A stretch of 64,000 bases of DNA from a virus. Below the pieces are notes generated by a model. That model worked only from the letters and a program-made list of their open reading frames with translations. It was not told the DNA's origin and ran no database searches. Each line of letters opens with the position of its first letter. Within the stretch, counting starts at the first letter, position 1. The stretch is taken from IMG/VR virus record IMGVR_UViG_3300042301_001121, positions 3,885 through 67,884 of that record, one strand, 5' to 3'. Below are positions 17,700 to 27,778 of the stretch, in pieces. Both the position numbers and the translations under genes were made by a program.

Positions 17700-17900
17700 A
17701 ACTTAAAAGAGAAAAAAAAGAAAAACAAAGAAAAAAGTTTAATAAGAAAAAAAGAACCAAAAAAAGAATTAATCAAAAAAGAAAAACGATTATATATATT
17801 CGTATATATATTATATATATACTCTATACATAATCTAAAAAGAAAAAAAAGAGAAAAAAAAATAAACAAAAAATAAAATTAAATCATAATAAATTATAAT
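17700..17900. other. A-tract and (TA)n region, candidate replication origin
   Basis: Long purine-rich A runs flanking tatatatattcgtatatatattatatatatac, between divergent promoters. Confidence 0.4.
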
Positions 17901-17947
17901 TTAATCTTAATCTTTGTTTCCAAAAAATCAACTTTAAAAATTTTTTA

Positions 17948-17955
17948 TATCTTTG
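17948..17955 (+). promoter_or_regulatory. -7 promoter box TATCTTTG
   Basis: TAnnTTTG upstream of the virion module. Confidence 0.6.
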
Positions 17956-18029
17956 TCAGGATTTAACACAGTGTTAAGTTTTATTATTAACTACACAGAT
18001 AGAAATATCGGTGACTAAATTTTTTAAAA

Positions 18030-18848
18030 ATGAATTTTAATTACAAATTACCAAGGGTTCAAGAGCTTGATGGAATATCAGTTTTGAACACCCCTGTAGC
18101 TGCTGCTGACGTAGTGCTAGACAACGGAGTATTAACAATTAAAGATGAGTCTGGAGCTAATGCGATAGTTCTTAAAGCATCTGATTTGTTAGGTTTTCGT
18201 TACAATGCTTACACAGCAGGTACTGCTAACGTAAAGCAGGTGGATTTAAGTGCTGCTACTTTAGTAGCTAATAGTATTTACAGTTTGACTATTTCTGCTC
18301 CTTACGTTCAAAACTTCTTCGGAGGAGGTCAAGAGACTAAAGCGGTTTACATTCCAAGAACTTACACAGTTTCTGTGGATGGAACTCCAACTTTTCAAGA
18401 ATTATTAGATGCTTTCTTAGCTAGAATTAACTCTGATCCTTTAGCTTATTTTTCAGCTGTTGATGCAGGTGCTGGTCAGTTGGTTATTACTGCTGATTCT
18501 GCTTTAGCGGGTCCATTGTTTGTTGAGACTAGCGTACCAGGAATTACTCCTGCTATGATTACTGACTTTACTGCATGGGTTGCTCCAGTTGGAACTACTA
18601 CTGAGATTTTACGTTATATTCCTAATTCTACTATTGTTTCTGGAACTTACAACAGATACATTATCCTACACAGAAGCGTGATTCGTCACAATGCTGTATC
18701 TGGACTAGGTGTAATCAGAAATGCTACTTCTTTAGTTTACTTGAATAGCACAAATGGTGGAACTGGTGCAACAGTTACTAAATTAACTTCTGTATTGGAT
18801 GGTTCTTACACTCCTGTAGCGGATTATTTAGGTTGTCCAGCTGTATAA
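18030..18848 (+). CDS. putative virion structural protein (auxiliary capsid-like)
   Basis: A/T/V/G-rich, capsid-like codon usage, own promoter and terminator. Confidence 0.5.
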   Translation: MNFNYKLPRVQELDGISVLNTPVAAADVVLDNGVLTIKDESGANAIVLKASDLLGFRYNAYTAGTANVKQVDLSAATLVANSIYSLTISAPYVQNFFGGGQETKAVYIPRTYTVSVDGTPTFQELLDAFLARINSDPLAYFSAVDAGAGQLVITADSALAGPLFVETSVPGITPAMITDFTAWVAPVGTTTEILRYIPNSTIVSGTYNRYIILHRSVIRHNAVSGLGVIRNATSLVYLNSTNGGTGATVTKLTSVLDGSYTPVADYLGCPAV

Positions 18849-18870
18849 TTGAAAAATTATTATCTTTGTG

Positions 18871-18900
18871 GGGTAGGGATTAATTTCTCTACCCTTTTTT
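18871..18900 (+). terminator. intrinsic terminator
   Basis: GGGTAGGGA-ttaatt-TCTCTACCC then T6. Confidence 0.7.
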
Positions 18901-18909
18901 ATTAAATGT

Positions 18910-19476
18910 ATGGCACAAAAAGAAGCTGAAATTATACTTTTTGGTTTAGAGTCTGGAGATGATTTAAGAATAGAATATCCAGAACTAGCTCAGATAGATG
19001 AGTTTAAAAACCTTAAAGCAAAAGAAGTAAGACTCTGCTGGTTATTAGGAAACAGAACAAGTCCTTTATACAAGTTGAGCGATAAGAGAGAGAGATTGAA
19101 TAGAGCATTAGAGATTGTTTATGGAAAGAGTTATATCCAACAGAAACAATTAAAGGCTTTAGTAGATGGAGATATACCTGTAGAGATTAAAGAAGCTATA
19201 AAGAAGATGGAAGAGTTTAATCCAGAGTATAGACTTAGAGCAAAGTTGTTAAGTGAGTATATGTTTGAAACTCTTAATGAAATGGTTGTAGTAGGTTCTA
19301 ATGAATTAGCTACAATGGAAGTAGATGAGAAGAAGAAATATACTGACTTACTAGTTAAGATACATGAAGAGCTACCAGATATGGTTAAACGATTAGAGAC
19401 TTCTTATGGAGTTAAGATTAAAGATAGAAAGACGAAGAAAGAGATCCTTGTTAAAATAAATGATGTACTACGATGA
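18910..19476 (+). CDS. hypothetical protein upstream of portal (possible small terminase)
   Basis: 188 aa, helical; position only. Confidence 0.4.
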   Translation: MAQKEAEIILFGLESGDDLRIEYPELAQIDEFKNLKAKEVRLCWLLGNRTSPLYKLSDKRERLNRALEIVYGKSYIQQKQLKALVDGDIPVEIKEAIKKMEEFNPEYRLRAKLLSEYMFETLNEMVVVGSNELATMEVDEKKKYTDLLVKIHEELPDMVKRLETSYGVKIKDRKTKKEILVKINDVLR

Positions 19477-21707
19477 GTTACATGTTCAGCCAAAATAGAG
19501 TAAGACCAAATAAGCTTACCAGAGTAAAAGATAAAACATATCACAGAGACTATGCTAAGTATGTATTATCTTCAATGAGTAATTTCCTTTATAGACAATT
19601 CATAAACAAATGTATTGTTAACTGGTCTTTCTTTAGAGGTCAAGATGGCCAATGGATATTTGACGAGGATGTAGAAGCTTTCTTCTTAGATGAGTCTGGA
19701 GACATCAGAAACAGATTGAAGTGGACCAAGAACGTTATAAAGCCAATGGTACAACAATACATTGGTAACGCTATTCGTTTAGGATTCGATGCTAAAGCTA
19801 CATGTATCTCTGATTTTGTGATAAACAAAAGAGAAGAAGAGATTAAGAAATTACGTGTATTACAGAAGATAGCAGATGATTTTCCATTCTTTAAAGATAT
19901 TATACAAGAGAATGCTCCTATCACAGATGATGCTGTAACGACAGAAGAGCTGTTCTACAACACTTTCGTAGAGGAATATGAACAAGACATCAACAACCTC
20001 ATCGAATACATCGCTACAGAGGTTAATATTGATGAATTAAAAGTACAGATTACTCGTAACCTTGCTATTTGTGGTTTAGGTATCTACAAAGGATATGAGC
20101 AGAATGATAACTACATGGCTAAATCTGTTAATCCATTATTCTTTATGTGGGATATGTCAGCTACTAAGCCAGACTTATCAGATGCTGAACACATGGGAGA
20201 GTGGTATTATTTAGATGCTTCAAGTATATACGAGACATACGAACACTTAACTCAAGAGGAGAGATTACTTATTGAGGAGTATGGTAAGAATAATCGTTCT
20301 AACATCATGCATAAGATTGTTAATGGTATCTATATGCAGCCAGGTGGAAAGATTCCTGTATATGAAGTATATTGGAAAGATGTAGAAAGAAAAGAATATG
20401 GATGGGTAATGGATGATTTTGGTTATCCTCAATACGTAATGATTAACGATCCAGAATCTAACTACACAGATAAAGATTTAATTGAGCCACAAACAGAGAA
20501 GCATAAAGAAGAATTAGGAAAGAAGAAAAAGCATACCATATACGTAGATGTCCTTCGTTACGCTATAATGATTCCTGCTGAGGAGTTAGGTAGTGCTGAT
20601 GGAGATATTCTATTAGAGCATGGTATATTGCCTTATCAAGAAAAGAATTTATATGACCCATCTAATGTTAAAATGCCTTATAAGTGTTACACATGGGTAT
20701 ATGATCGTGGAGAGGTACTTACGCCTCTTGATGATGTTATAGACCCACAAAGATTCTTAAACAGAACATTGTCTGTAGTAGAGTCTCAAATGTCAAACAT
20801 GAGGGGTACAGGTACTGTTATATCTAAATCTGCTGTAGATGACAGAGATGGAGAAGCAGACGTAGTAAGAAATATTAACGCATCTAAGCCAATCTTCGTA
20901 GATACGGATAGAGTAGGTTCAGTACAGAATGCTATTAGCACTTATGGTACAAACATAGGTCAAGGTACACTACAGATGTTCCAGGCTGTTAGCGTTATCC
21001 AACAGTCTATTCAAGATGTTACAGGAGTGAACGAGGCTATGACAGGTACTCAAGGTGGTGGAGATATGTTAGTAGGTGTAGTAGAAGCTCAAATACAAAG
21101 AGGTTCATTAGTACAAGAACCTTTCTATTGGGCCTTAACATCTATCTTAAAGCAAGCATACGAACACATGGCTACAGTAGGTAAAGCTGTTTATTATGAT
21201 AATCCTCGTAAACTTGCTATGATGGTAGGAGATAAGGGCTTACAGAATATAACACTTACAGAAGGTCATTTGTTACAGGACTACAGAATATTTATCAAGC
21301 GTTCTGAATCTGCTGAGGCTGGAGTAAATGCAGGTAATCAATTACTATTTACTTTACTACAAGCTGGTTTAATAGACCAAGTAATCTTCTCTAATCTATT
21401 CAATAGAGCTAGCCCAGACATTATCGCTAGAGAGTTGAGAAATTATAACAGATTAAAAATGCAAGCTCAGAACATGGCTGTTGATGCTCAGCAAAAAGGT
21501 ATTGAGCAAGGCTTACAGCAATCTGCTAATATGCAGGATCAAATGATGCAGCAACAACAAGCAGCTCAACAGCAGCAAGTTGGACAACAACAGATGGCTC
21601 ATCAGCAGGAAATGGAGAAGATAGCATTGAAAGAAGGAGCTAAAAGTGAAAGAGAAGCGGCTAAATTATCTGTAGATTTACAAGAAAAAATGCCACCTCA
21701 AGAGTAG
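19473..21707 (+). CDS. portal protein
   Basis: 744 aa, TGVNEAMTG motif, Q-rich C-terminal coiled coil, position before scaffold and capsid. Confidence 0.8.
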   Translation: MSYMFSQNRVRPNKLTRVKDKTYHRDYAKYVLSSMSNFLYRQFINKCIVNWSFFRGQDGQWIFDEDVEAFFLDESGDIRNRLKWTKNVIKPMVQQYIGNAIRLGFDAKATCISDFVINKREEEIKKLRVLQKIADDFPFFKDIIQENAPITDDAVTTEELFYNTFVEEYEQDINNLIEYIATEVNIDELKVQITRNLAICGLGIYKGYEQNDNYMAKSVNPLFFMWDMSATKPDLSDAEHMGEWYYLDASSIYETYEHLTQEERLLIEEYGKNNRSNIMHKIVNGIYMQPGGKIPVYEVYWKDVERKEYGWVMDDFGYPQYVMINDPESNYTDKDLIEPQTEKHKEELGKKKKHTIYVDVLRYAIMIPAEELGSADGDILLEHGILPYQEKNLYDPSNVKMPYKCYTWVYDRGEVLTPLDDVIDPQRFLNRTLSVVESQMSNMRGTGTVISKSAVDDRDGEADVVRNINASKPIFVDTDRVGSVQNAISTYGTNIGQGTLQMFQAVSVIQQSIQDVTGVNEAMTGTQGGGDMLVGVVEAQIQRGSLVQEPFYWALTSILKQAYEHMATVGKAVYYDNPRKLAMMVGDKGLQNITLTEGHLLQDYRIFIKRSESAEAGVNAGNQLLFTLLQAGLIDQVIFSNLFNRASPDIIARELRNYNRLKMQAQNMAVDAQQKGIEQGLQQSANMQDQMMQQQQAAQQQQVGQQQMAHQQEMEKIALKEGAKSEREAAKLSVDLQEKMPPQE

Positions 21708-21749
21708 TATATTAAAAAATATGTTAAATTTGAAGCAAAATAAATACGT

Positions 21750-22901
21750 ATGATTGACAATTCGGAAGGATTTGTTGATGATGGACAAGCCACAGGGGGT
21801 GAAATCACCCCTGAGATGGAGGATCAGATTCGGCAAATTGAGGCATTAGCGAGCATGGATGACGCTTTTGCAAACTCGCAAGAGTACAAAGACTTGATGG
21901 CTGCTACCAGAGGTACAAACAGTCAGTCAAGCGAGGCAGACGAGGATGATGATGAGGACTACGAGGATGAAGATGATGATAGTGAAGATGAGGATGATGA
22001 CATCTTTGGAATCACTAAGCAGACTAAAGTAGAGAAGGAAGTACAATTAACTTTCGAGCCTACTAGAGATATGCAGAAGTTCATTGAATCTAAGTATGGT
22101 GTAAAGGATGTAGCTAAATTCTTTTCTTCAGCTGATACGTGGAGAAACCAGGCTCAAGAGTCTAGTGAATTGAAGCGTGAACTTGACTTATTGACTGCTG
22201 ACTTACAAGCAATGCCACCAGAAATCAGACAAGCTGTTAGTATGTGGGCGAATGGGGATGATTATACTAGAGCATTTAATCAAACTCAAAGACTGGACTT
22301 CTCAAGCGACTTTACTCGCCAAGACCCTGAGAACCTTGTTCAGCATTATTTAAGCGAACAGTATGATGAATTACTCGAAAAGTTGGAAGATGGGAAGATT
22401 GACGAGGAGGATTTTGATGATCGCATAAAGTTGTTAGCAGGCTCAACTAAACGAATGTTCAATACGGACAAACAAGCGTTAGATGAAGAGCGTGAGCAAT
22501 TCACTCAACGTCAGAAGAACGAGTTTCAGATGATGAAAAAGAGTGCTTTGCTTTCCGTAGAAAATCTAAGTAAGGCTTACCCTAACTTCAGTAAGACCGA
22601 AATCGCAAAGATTAGGAATGTCTTGGTTGAGGGGAAGATTGATAATTTGTTTACAAAGGCAGATGGTTCGTACAATGAAGATGCAGCAGAGTTAGTTGCA
22701 TACGCTGTGTACGGAAAGAAGATGCTGGAGTCGGTTAAGAAAATGGCTGAGCGTAAAGGCGAAAGTAAGGCTAATCAACGAATAGTTGATACTAGTGCTA
22801 AGCAGATTAGAAAGCAGAAAGTTGCAGGTGAGAACCAAGGCTTTAATGCTAAAGAAGTACAGCACTTGTCATCAATGTTCAAAAATGACCCTTACGCTTA
22901 A
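21750..22901 (+). CDS. putative capsid scaffolding protein
   Basis: Poly-D/E tract, helical, between portal and capsid; TAAATTTG box at 21725-21732. Confidence 0.6.
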   Translation: MIDNSEGFVDDGQATGGEITPEMEDQIRQIEALASMDDAFANSQEYKDLMAATRGTNSQSSEADEDDDEDYEDEDDDSEDEDDDIFGITKQTKVEKEVQLTFEPTRDMQKFIESKYGVKDVAKFFSSADTWRNQAQESSELKRELDLLTADLQAMPPEIRQAVSMWANGDDYTRAFNQTQRLDFSSDFTRQDPENLVQHYLSEQYDELLEKLEDGKIDEEDFDDRIKLLAGSTKRMFNTDKQALDEEREQFTQRQKNEFQMMKKSALLSVENLSKAYPNFSKTEIAKIRNVLVEGKIDNLFTKADGSYNEDAAELVAYAVYGKKMLESVKKMAERKGESKANQRIVDTSAKQIRKQKVAGENQGFNAKEVQHLSSMFKNDPYA

Positions 22902-22931
22902 TATTTTGTAAAACCGTTTAATAATTAAATT

Positions 22932-24170
22932 ATGTCTTTGTACAACGAAACAAGCGCAAAGTTCGCAAACCAGAATTACAACTCCGTTGGGTCTGAGTAT
23001 GCTAACTTGTATGGACACGACATCTCATTGTTGGTTCAGAAATTAACAAACAGAGCTATCTTTGATGCAGCTCCACAACAGTTCATGGATTTGAAATTGA
23101 TGAACATGGTTCCTGCTGAGACTGTGAACTCTGATGAATTTTTCTTCCAAGAAATGGGCTACCAACGTGAGCCACTTCAAGTAACAGCTGTATCAGCTAC
23201 AGTATCTTATCCTACTACGCAAACTATCAATGTTGCTTCTGTAGATAACATCTCTACTAACACAATTATCTCTTATCCTAACGGACAAAAAGGTAGTGTT
23301 GTAGCTGTAGATACATCTTTATTAACTATTACAGTTTCTCCTTACAATGGTGATACTTTACCAGCTGTAGCTATTGGTGATGTATTGGCTAACGTATCTA
23401 CTGTAGACCATGATGGTTCTGAGGGATTTGCTCAGTATTTTCGTGCTTCTACAATTGAGCGAGTAAACTACGTTCAGTTGTTTAACAAAGCTATCCGTTA
23501 CTCTGAAGTTGAATTACACAAGTTGAAAAACATGGGTACTACTGCTAACTTCCTAGAGATGGAAAGAAATGCAATGTTTAACCAACACAGAATTGACATC
23601 TCCAATGCACTTTGGGTAGGTCAAAAAGGTGAGGTTGTAACTGCTAATGGTACTCCTGCTAAAACAACTGGTGGTGTTTACACTTCTATGGTTGAGGCTG
23701 GTTCTCCAAATGCTGTTGCTACTGCTGCTACTTTGGTAGATGCTTTTGAAGATATGGTTCTTTCTTCTGAATTTGGTGATTATGGACAAGCTCGTATGGC
23801 TTACATGACTCCACGTATTCACAGATTGTTATCATTAGCTTATAAAGAGCAATTAACTCGTTATGCTCCTAATGATGAGATCGCATTGTTGAACTTGAAA
23901 GAAATCAACCTTGGTTCTTCTCGTATCGTTCTTGTACCTTACAAGAGATTTGAGGATGCTGCTTCTTATCCTGGTTCTTTTGCTAACAAAATTGTTATCC
24001 TTGATATGAAAAATATTAAGAGAGTACAACTTTGGGGTGAGCGTTCTGGAGATACATTGAAGTTAGAGGATGGAGTTCCTAAGCGTTACGGAGATGTGTG
24101 GGTAGATTGTAACATGGGTGTTAAATTTAACAACCCTCTTGCATGTGCTTACCTTGATGTAACACTTTAA
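22932..24170 (+). CDS. major capsid protein
   Basis: 412 aa, position, biased codon usage, followed by a strong terminator. Confidence 0.8.
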   Translation: MSLYNETSAKFANQNYNSVGSEYANLYGHDISLLVQKLTNRAIFDAAPQQFMDLKLMNMVPAETVNSDEFFFQEMGYQREPLQVTAVSATVSYPTTQTINVASVDNISTNTIISYPNGQKGSVVAVDTSLLTITVSPYNGDTLPAVAIGDVLANVSTVDHDGSEGFAQYFRASTIERVNYVQLFNKAIRYSEVELHKLKNMGTTANFLEMERNAMFNQHRIDISNALWVGQKGEVVTANGTPAKTTGGVYTSMVEAGSPNAVATAATLVDAFEDMVLSSEFGDYGQARMAYMTPRIHRLLSLAYKEQLTRYAPNDEIALLNLKEINLGSSRIVLVPYKRFEDAASYPGSFANKIVILDMKNIKRVQLWGERSGDTLKLEDGVPKRYGDVWVDCNMGVKFNNPLACAYLDVTL

Positions 24171-24179
24171 TATATGATT

Positions 24180-24207
24180 AGGGGGAGTAAATCTCCCCCT
24201 TTTTTTT
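24180..24207 (+). terminator. intrinsic terminator after the capsid gene
   Basis: AGGGGGAG-taaat-CTCCCCCT then T run. Confidence 0.85.
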
Positions 24208-24227
24208 CTTATTTTAAAATTATTATT

Positions 24228-25052
24228 ATGCCGATTAAAAAGAAAGAAGAGGTGTCGCCTAAAGTTGAAGAATCAATATTCCAGGCAACATCCAAAGAGG
24301 AGCAAAACGATGCTCCAGTAGAATTTGAAGTAGAGTTGTTTGATGATAACAACGAAGTAAAAGAAGAGAAAGAACCTAGTTTTTCTTTATCTGCTGTTCA
24401 AAAGATGATGAAAGATGCTGAGGAGCGTATGATGAGTATGTTTAATTCTCAGATTTCTAAATTAAAATTGAATAAAGATAAAGAAGAGTTAGATGAAGAT
24501 TTAGAGTACGTTCAGTATTTACAGGATGATTGGTTAGAGAATCCTATAGTATTCTTTGCTTTTTCTTATCAGTTCTCTATTCATGGAGACATGAGAAGAG
24601 GTATTGAAATGATACCACCGCAAGGAGCTATTAGATTCAAGCCTGTAATTAGAACAAAGAGAAAGAGAGGTAAAGAGACACAAGTAATATCTGTATCTTC
24701 TGTAGTGGTTCATTCTAAGGAAGTAGTAGATTACTTACGTAATCATACTCAGTATGGAATACTTTTCTTTGAGAACGTTGAATCAGCAATGAATGTAGAT
24801 GCTACATGGGCGCAGAAAATGGTAGAGGCACAAACTGCTATTTCTCGTTTATCTGATATACAAGTTATATCAAGATCACAGCAAGAAGGAATCCCTGTAT
24901 CTCAGAGTCCTGAGAATATGAGACGACAACTTGTTGAGAAGATGGCTAAGCGTTCTATTGAACAACACGAAAGGATGTTGTACGGAAGTATTCAGAAATC
25001 TCTTGTAGATAAGGGTACAGGAAGAAGTATAATTGAAAAAACTATAGCTTAA
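24228..25052 (+). CDS. hypothetical virion-module protein (start MPIKKK)
   Basis: The ORF-track start at 24174 runs through the terminator. Confidence 0.65.
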   Translation: MPIKKKEEVSPKVEESIFQATSKEEQNDAPVEFEVELFDDNNEVKEEKEPSFSLSAVQKMMKDAEERMMSMFNSQISKLKLNKDKEELDEDLEYVQYLQDDWLENPIVFFAFSYQFSIHGDMRRGIEMIPPQGAIRFKPVIRTKRKRGKETQVISVSSVVVHSKEVVDYLRNHTQYGILFFENVESAMNVDATWAQKMVEAQTAISRLSDIQVISRSQQEGIPVSQSPENMRRQLVEKMAKRSIEQHERMLYGSIQKSLVDKGTGRSIIEKTIA

Positions 25053-25053
25053 A

Positions 25054-25812
25054 ATGTTTACAGCGTTAGAATTAAGAAACCAGTTAAGATTTGCATTAGA
25101 TGCGGAGAACTCAGATCATTATAGAGATGATATGGATATTATCCCTGCTATAAATGCAGCTGTGAAGTGGCTAACTTCGGTGGTTAATTCTGCGTATGGT
25201 CAAGACAAAATAGGCGAGGAATTTTTTAGAGAATTATCAACCTCTGGGGTGTTTCTAACAAGTGACACCTCAAGGGTTTCTCTAGAGATATTTCCTTCTG
25301 AAGTATGGTCAATATTGGCTGTATATCCTAAACCAATTACAAGGAATATAACAGGTGTTCCTGCTCCTGCTACTCCAGATGCTACGAGAAGTTATTTCTT
25401 AAATAATAAGCTACATATATCAGCTGAGACTTCTTGTAAGCGATTAAACTTAGAAGAATGGGCTACCAACTATGGTAATCCATTTGAAGCAGGTTATCAA
25501 GGAGACCAGATATGTGATGACTTAAAGTTATACGCTTATTTGACTCCAATCAATTATCAGCAAACAACTTCTGGATTTAGAACTCAAGAGCTAGAGATTA
25601 GACCTTCAGTAAGTAATAAAGAAGTAACTATATTCTGGGCTAAGAAACCAGACCAAATTGTAACACTAGCAGATCAGATTAATTTTCCTCATAGTGTGTT
25701 CCAATTACTATTCGACAAAGCATTGAACTACATTGCTTACAAACAAGGAGACCAGACTAACTTATATGGAGTTACAGCTCAAGATATTAATCAATTATTA
25801 AACGTGTTGTAA
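25054..25812 (+). CDS. putative head-tail adaptor/ring protein
   Basis: About 250 aa; first of three similar-sized genes after the capsid, as in crAss-like gene order. Confidence 0.55.
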   Translation: MFTALELRNQLRFALDAENSDHYRDDMDIIPAINAAVKWLTSVVNSAYGQDKIGEEFFRELSTSGVFLTSDTSRVSLEIFPSEVWSILAVYPKPITRNITGVPAPATPDATRSYFLNNKLHISAETSCKRLNLEEWATNYGNPFEAGYQGDQICDDLKLYAYLTPINYQQTTSGFRTQELEIRPSVSNKEVTIFWAKKPDQIVTLADQINFPHSVFQLLFDKALNYIAYKQGDQTNLYGVTAQDINQLLNVL

Positions 25813-25813
25813 T

Positions 25814-26545
25814 ATGACTTATAGATATGTAGTTTACGATTTACAGAAGAACTTCAATGCAACATTTGATGATGCTGACTTTACTTTTAATCAAATCCTT
25901 TATTGGGTAATGGTTGTGGCCAATAGGCTAAGAGTACAGCAGACTATGTCAACTAATTCAGATTTGTTTACATCAACATTTGATGACATACCTGTATTAG
26001 TTGATACCAAAGGAAGAAAATACATAGACTTACCAGTACAGATTATGGACTTACCTAATAATGCTGGTGTAGTATATATAACATATAACGAAGAGACTTG
26101 TAACTGTGCAGGTCCTGCTTTCGCTCAAGTATGGTTTCAAGGAGTTAACCTAGGAAGCGTACAACACCTCTATTTAGACGAATACACGAAGCCTAGTGCA
26201 TCCAATCCATATTTCTATAGGGTAGGTCACAAAGTGGATGGATCAGGCGTTAATAGGCTTTATTTACTAGGAGTAGAATGTATTCCTGTAAAGACAGTTG
26301 AGATAGCTGTTAAATCAAGCTTAGACCCTAAGAAGCTATGTGATATAGATGAGGAGATTCCATTACCAGATGAGATGATTCAAGATTTGGTTATGCAAGT
26401 TCTTCAGTTAGGTAGATTTATTATGTTGATGCCTAAAGAGGTAACTAACGAAGGAGAGGATGAAGGAGAGTTAAATTCTCAGATGTATGCTAATAGAGCT
26501 ATCAATCCTCCTCAAGCAGCACCATTACAACAACAGTCAGAATAA
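25814..26545 (+). CDS. putative tail ring protein
   Basis: Size, synteny, DEEIPLP..MI motif. Confidence 0.55.
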   Translation: MTYRYVVYDLQKNFNATFDDADFTFNQILYWVMVVANRLRVQQTMSTNSDLFTSTFDDIPVLVDTKGRKYIDLPVQIMDLPNNAGVVYITYNEETCNCAGPAFAQVWFQGVNLGSVQHLYLDEYTKPSASNPYFYRVGHKVDGSGVNRLYLLGVECIPVKTVEIAVKSSLDPKKLCDIDEEIPLPDEMIQDLVMQVLQLGRFIMLMPKEVTNEGEDEGELNSQMYANRAINPPQAAPLQQQSE

Positions 26546-26555
26546 AATATAAGAT

Positions 26556-27326
26556 ATGAACGCTAACGACTTTGTAGATGTAGATCACTTATTAGCTGAG
26601 ATTACAGCTACTGTAAATGATACTGATTATAAGAAAGGATTTCCTAAGGGGTGGTACATCTCAAGGATTCAAGATGCTTTACAGGAGTTGTCTATTGATA
26701 CATTTTGGTTGACTGCTATCTTTGATTATGAGATTCCAGAGAACTTTCAAATTCCTATTCCAGAGAATACATTTAACCTAAGAGAGATATATGCTTATCA
26801 AGGTAGTTTATGTAGTCCTGTTAAGACTCAAGTAGTTTATTGGAAGAGATTGTTTGATAACAGATATAGTGGAGATGGATATACAGCAAGAGTAAAGGAT
26901 GATGGAAGTAATGGAGCTGATATATTCCAGCCTAATCAGAGAACTTATACAAGAAACTTACAAGGATATTACGGACCAAAGTATTATTATAACATTGAAG
27001 ATGGATTGTTAATGCTTTCTAAAGATTGTCAAGCATTTCCATTTATACGATTGAAGTTTAATATGATGGGTAACTCTATCGGAGATAAGCCTGTTGTTCC
27101 TAGATTTTTTGAACGTGCTGTTGTTGATTACGTAAAGACTAAGTTCTACGATGCTATGAAGTCAAGAGACCCTAGATTGTATAGACCATTATGGGTTGAT
27201 GCTAAAGGAGATTTAGAGGACTTAACCAATGGTTCTTGGAATAAAGCTAAGAAGAGAATCAAGGCTATGGACACTTCGGCTAAGATGAGCATGGAAGAAT
27301 ATATCTCATCAATGTACCACAAGTAA
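26556..27326 (+). CDS. putative tail tubular/ring protein
   Basis: Size, synteny, PVVP..FERAVVDYV motif. Confidence 0.55.
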   Translation: MNANDFVDVDHLLAEITATVNDTDYKKGFPKGWYISRIQDALQELSIDTFWLTAIFDYEIPENFQIPIPENTFNLREIYAYQGSLCSPVKTQVVYWKRLFDNRYSGDGYTARVKDDGSNGADIFQPNQRTYTRNLQGYYGPKYYYNIEDGLLMLSKDCQAFPFIRLKFNMMGNSIGDKPVVPRFFERAVVDYVKTKFYDAMKSRDPRLYRPLWVDAKGDLEDLTNGSWNKAKKRIKAMDTSAKMSMEEYISSMYHK

Positions 27327-27336
27327 ATTACTGGTT

Positions 27337-27606
27337 ATGAGTAAGTTAGATAAATCATCAATGAAGTGTAATTCTCCAAGAAGCACACCTAGTCACCCAA
27401 AGAAGTCTCACGTTGTTAAAGCGTGTTCTGGTGGTACAGAAAAGATTATTAGATTCGGACAGCAAGGAGTAAAAGGTTCTCCTAAGAAAGCTGGAGAGTC
27501 TGAGGCTTATGCTAACAGAAGAAAAAGATTTAAGGCTCGTCATGCTAGTAATATAGCTAAAGGTAAATTAAGTGCGGCTTATTGGGCCGATAAAGTGAAA
27601 TGGTAA
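27337..27606 (+). CDS. small basic phage protein
   Basis: KIIRFGQQG...RRKRFKARH...SAAYWA motif recalled from aquatic phages. Confidence 0.75.
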   Translation: MSKLDKSSMKCNSPRSTPSHPKKSHVVKACSGGTEKIIRFGQQGVKGSPKKAGESEAYANRRKRFKARHASNIAKGKLSAAYWADKVKW

Positions 27607-27607
27607 T

Positions 27608-27778
27608 ATGAGAGAGTATAAAGGATTAGGCGATGTAGTTAAGCGAGTTGCTGAAGCTACACAAATGGATAAAGTTGCTAACTTTGTAGCTAAGAAAGTA
27701 GGTGCTAAAGATTGTGGTTGTAATGCCAGAGCAGACAAACTCAATAAGTTAGTTCCATTTAAAAAGAAACAACGATGA
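27608..27778 (+). CDS. small DCGC-motif protein (56 aa, below cutoff)
   Basis: Manual translation MREYKGLGDVVKRVAEAT...KDCGCNARADKLNKLVPFKKKQR*; ATGA overlap. Confidence 0.7.
   Translation: MREYKGLGDVVKRVAEATQMDKVANFVAKKVGAKDCGCNARADKLNKLVPFKKKQR

Noticed and set aside
17536-17760. 74-aa Phe/Leu-rich minus-strand ORF
   Set aside because: Artefact of the low-complexity A-tract region; it overlaps a promoter box.
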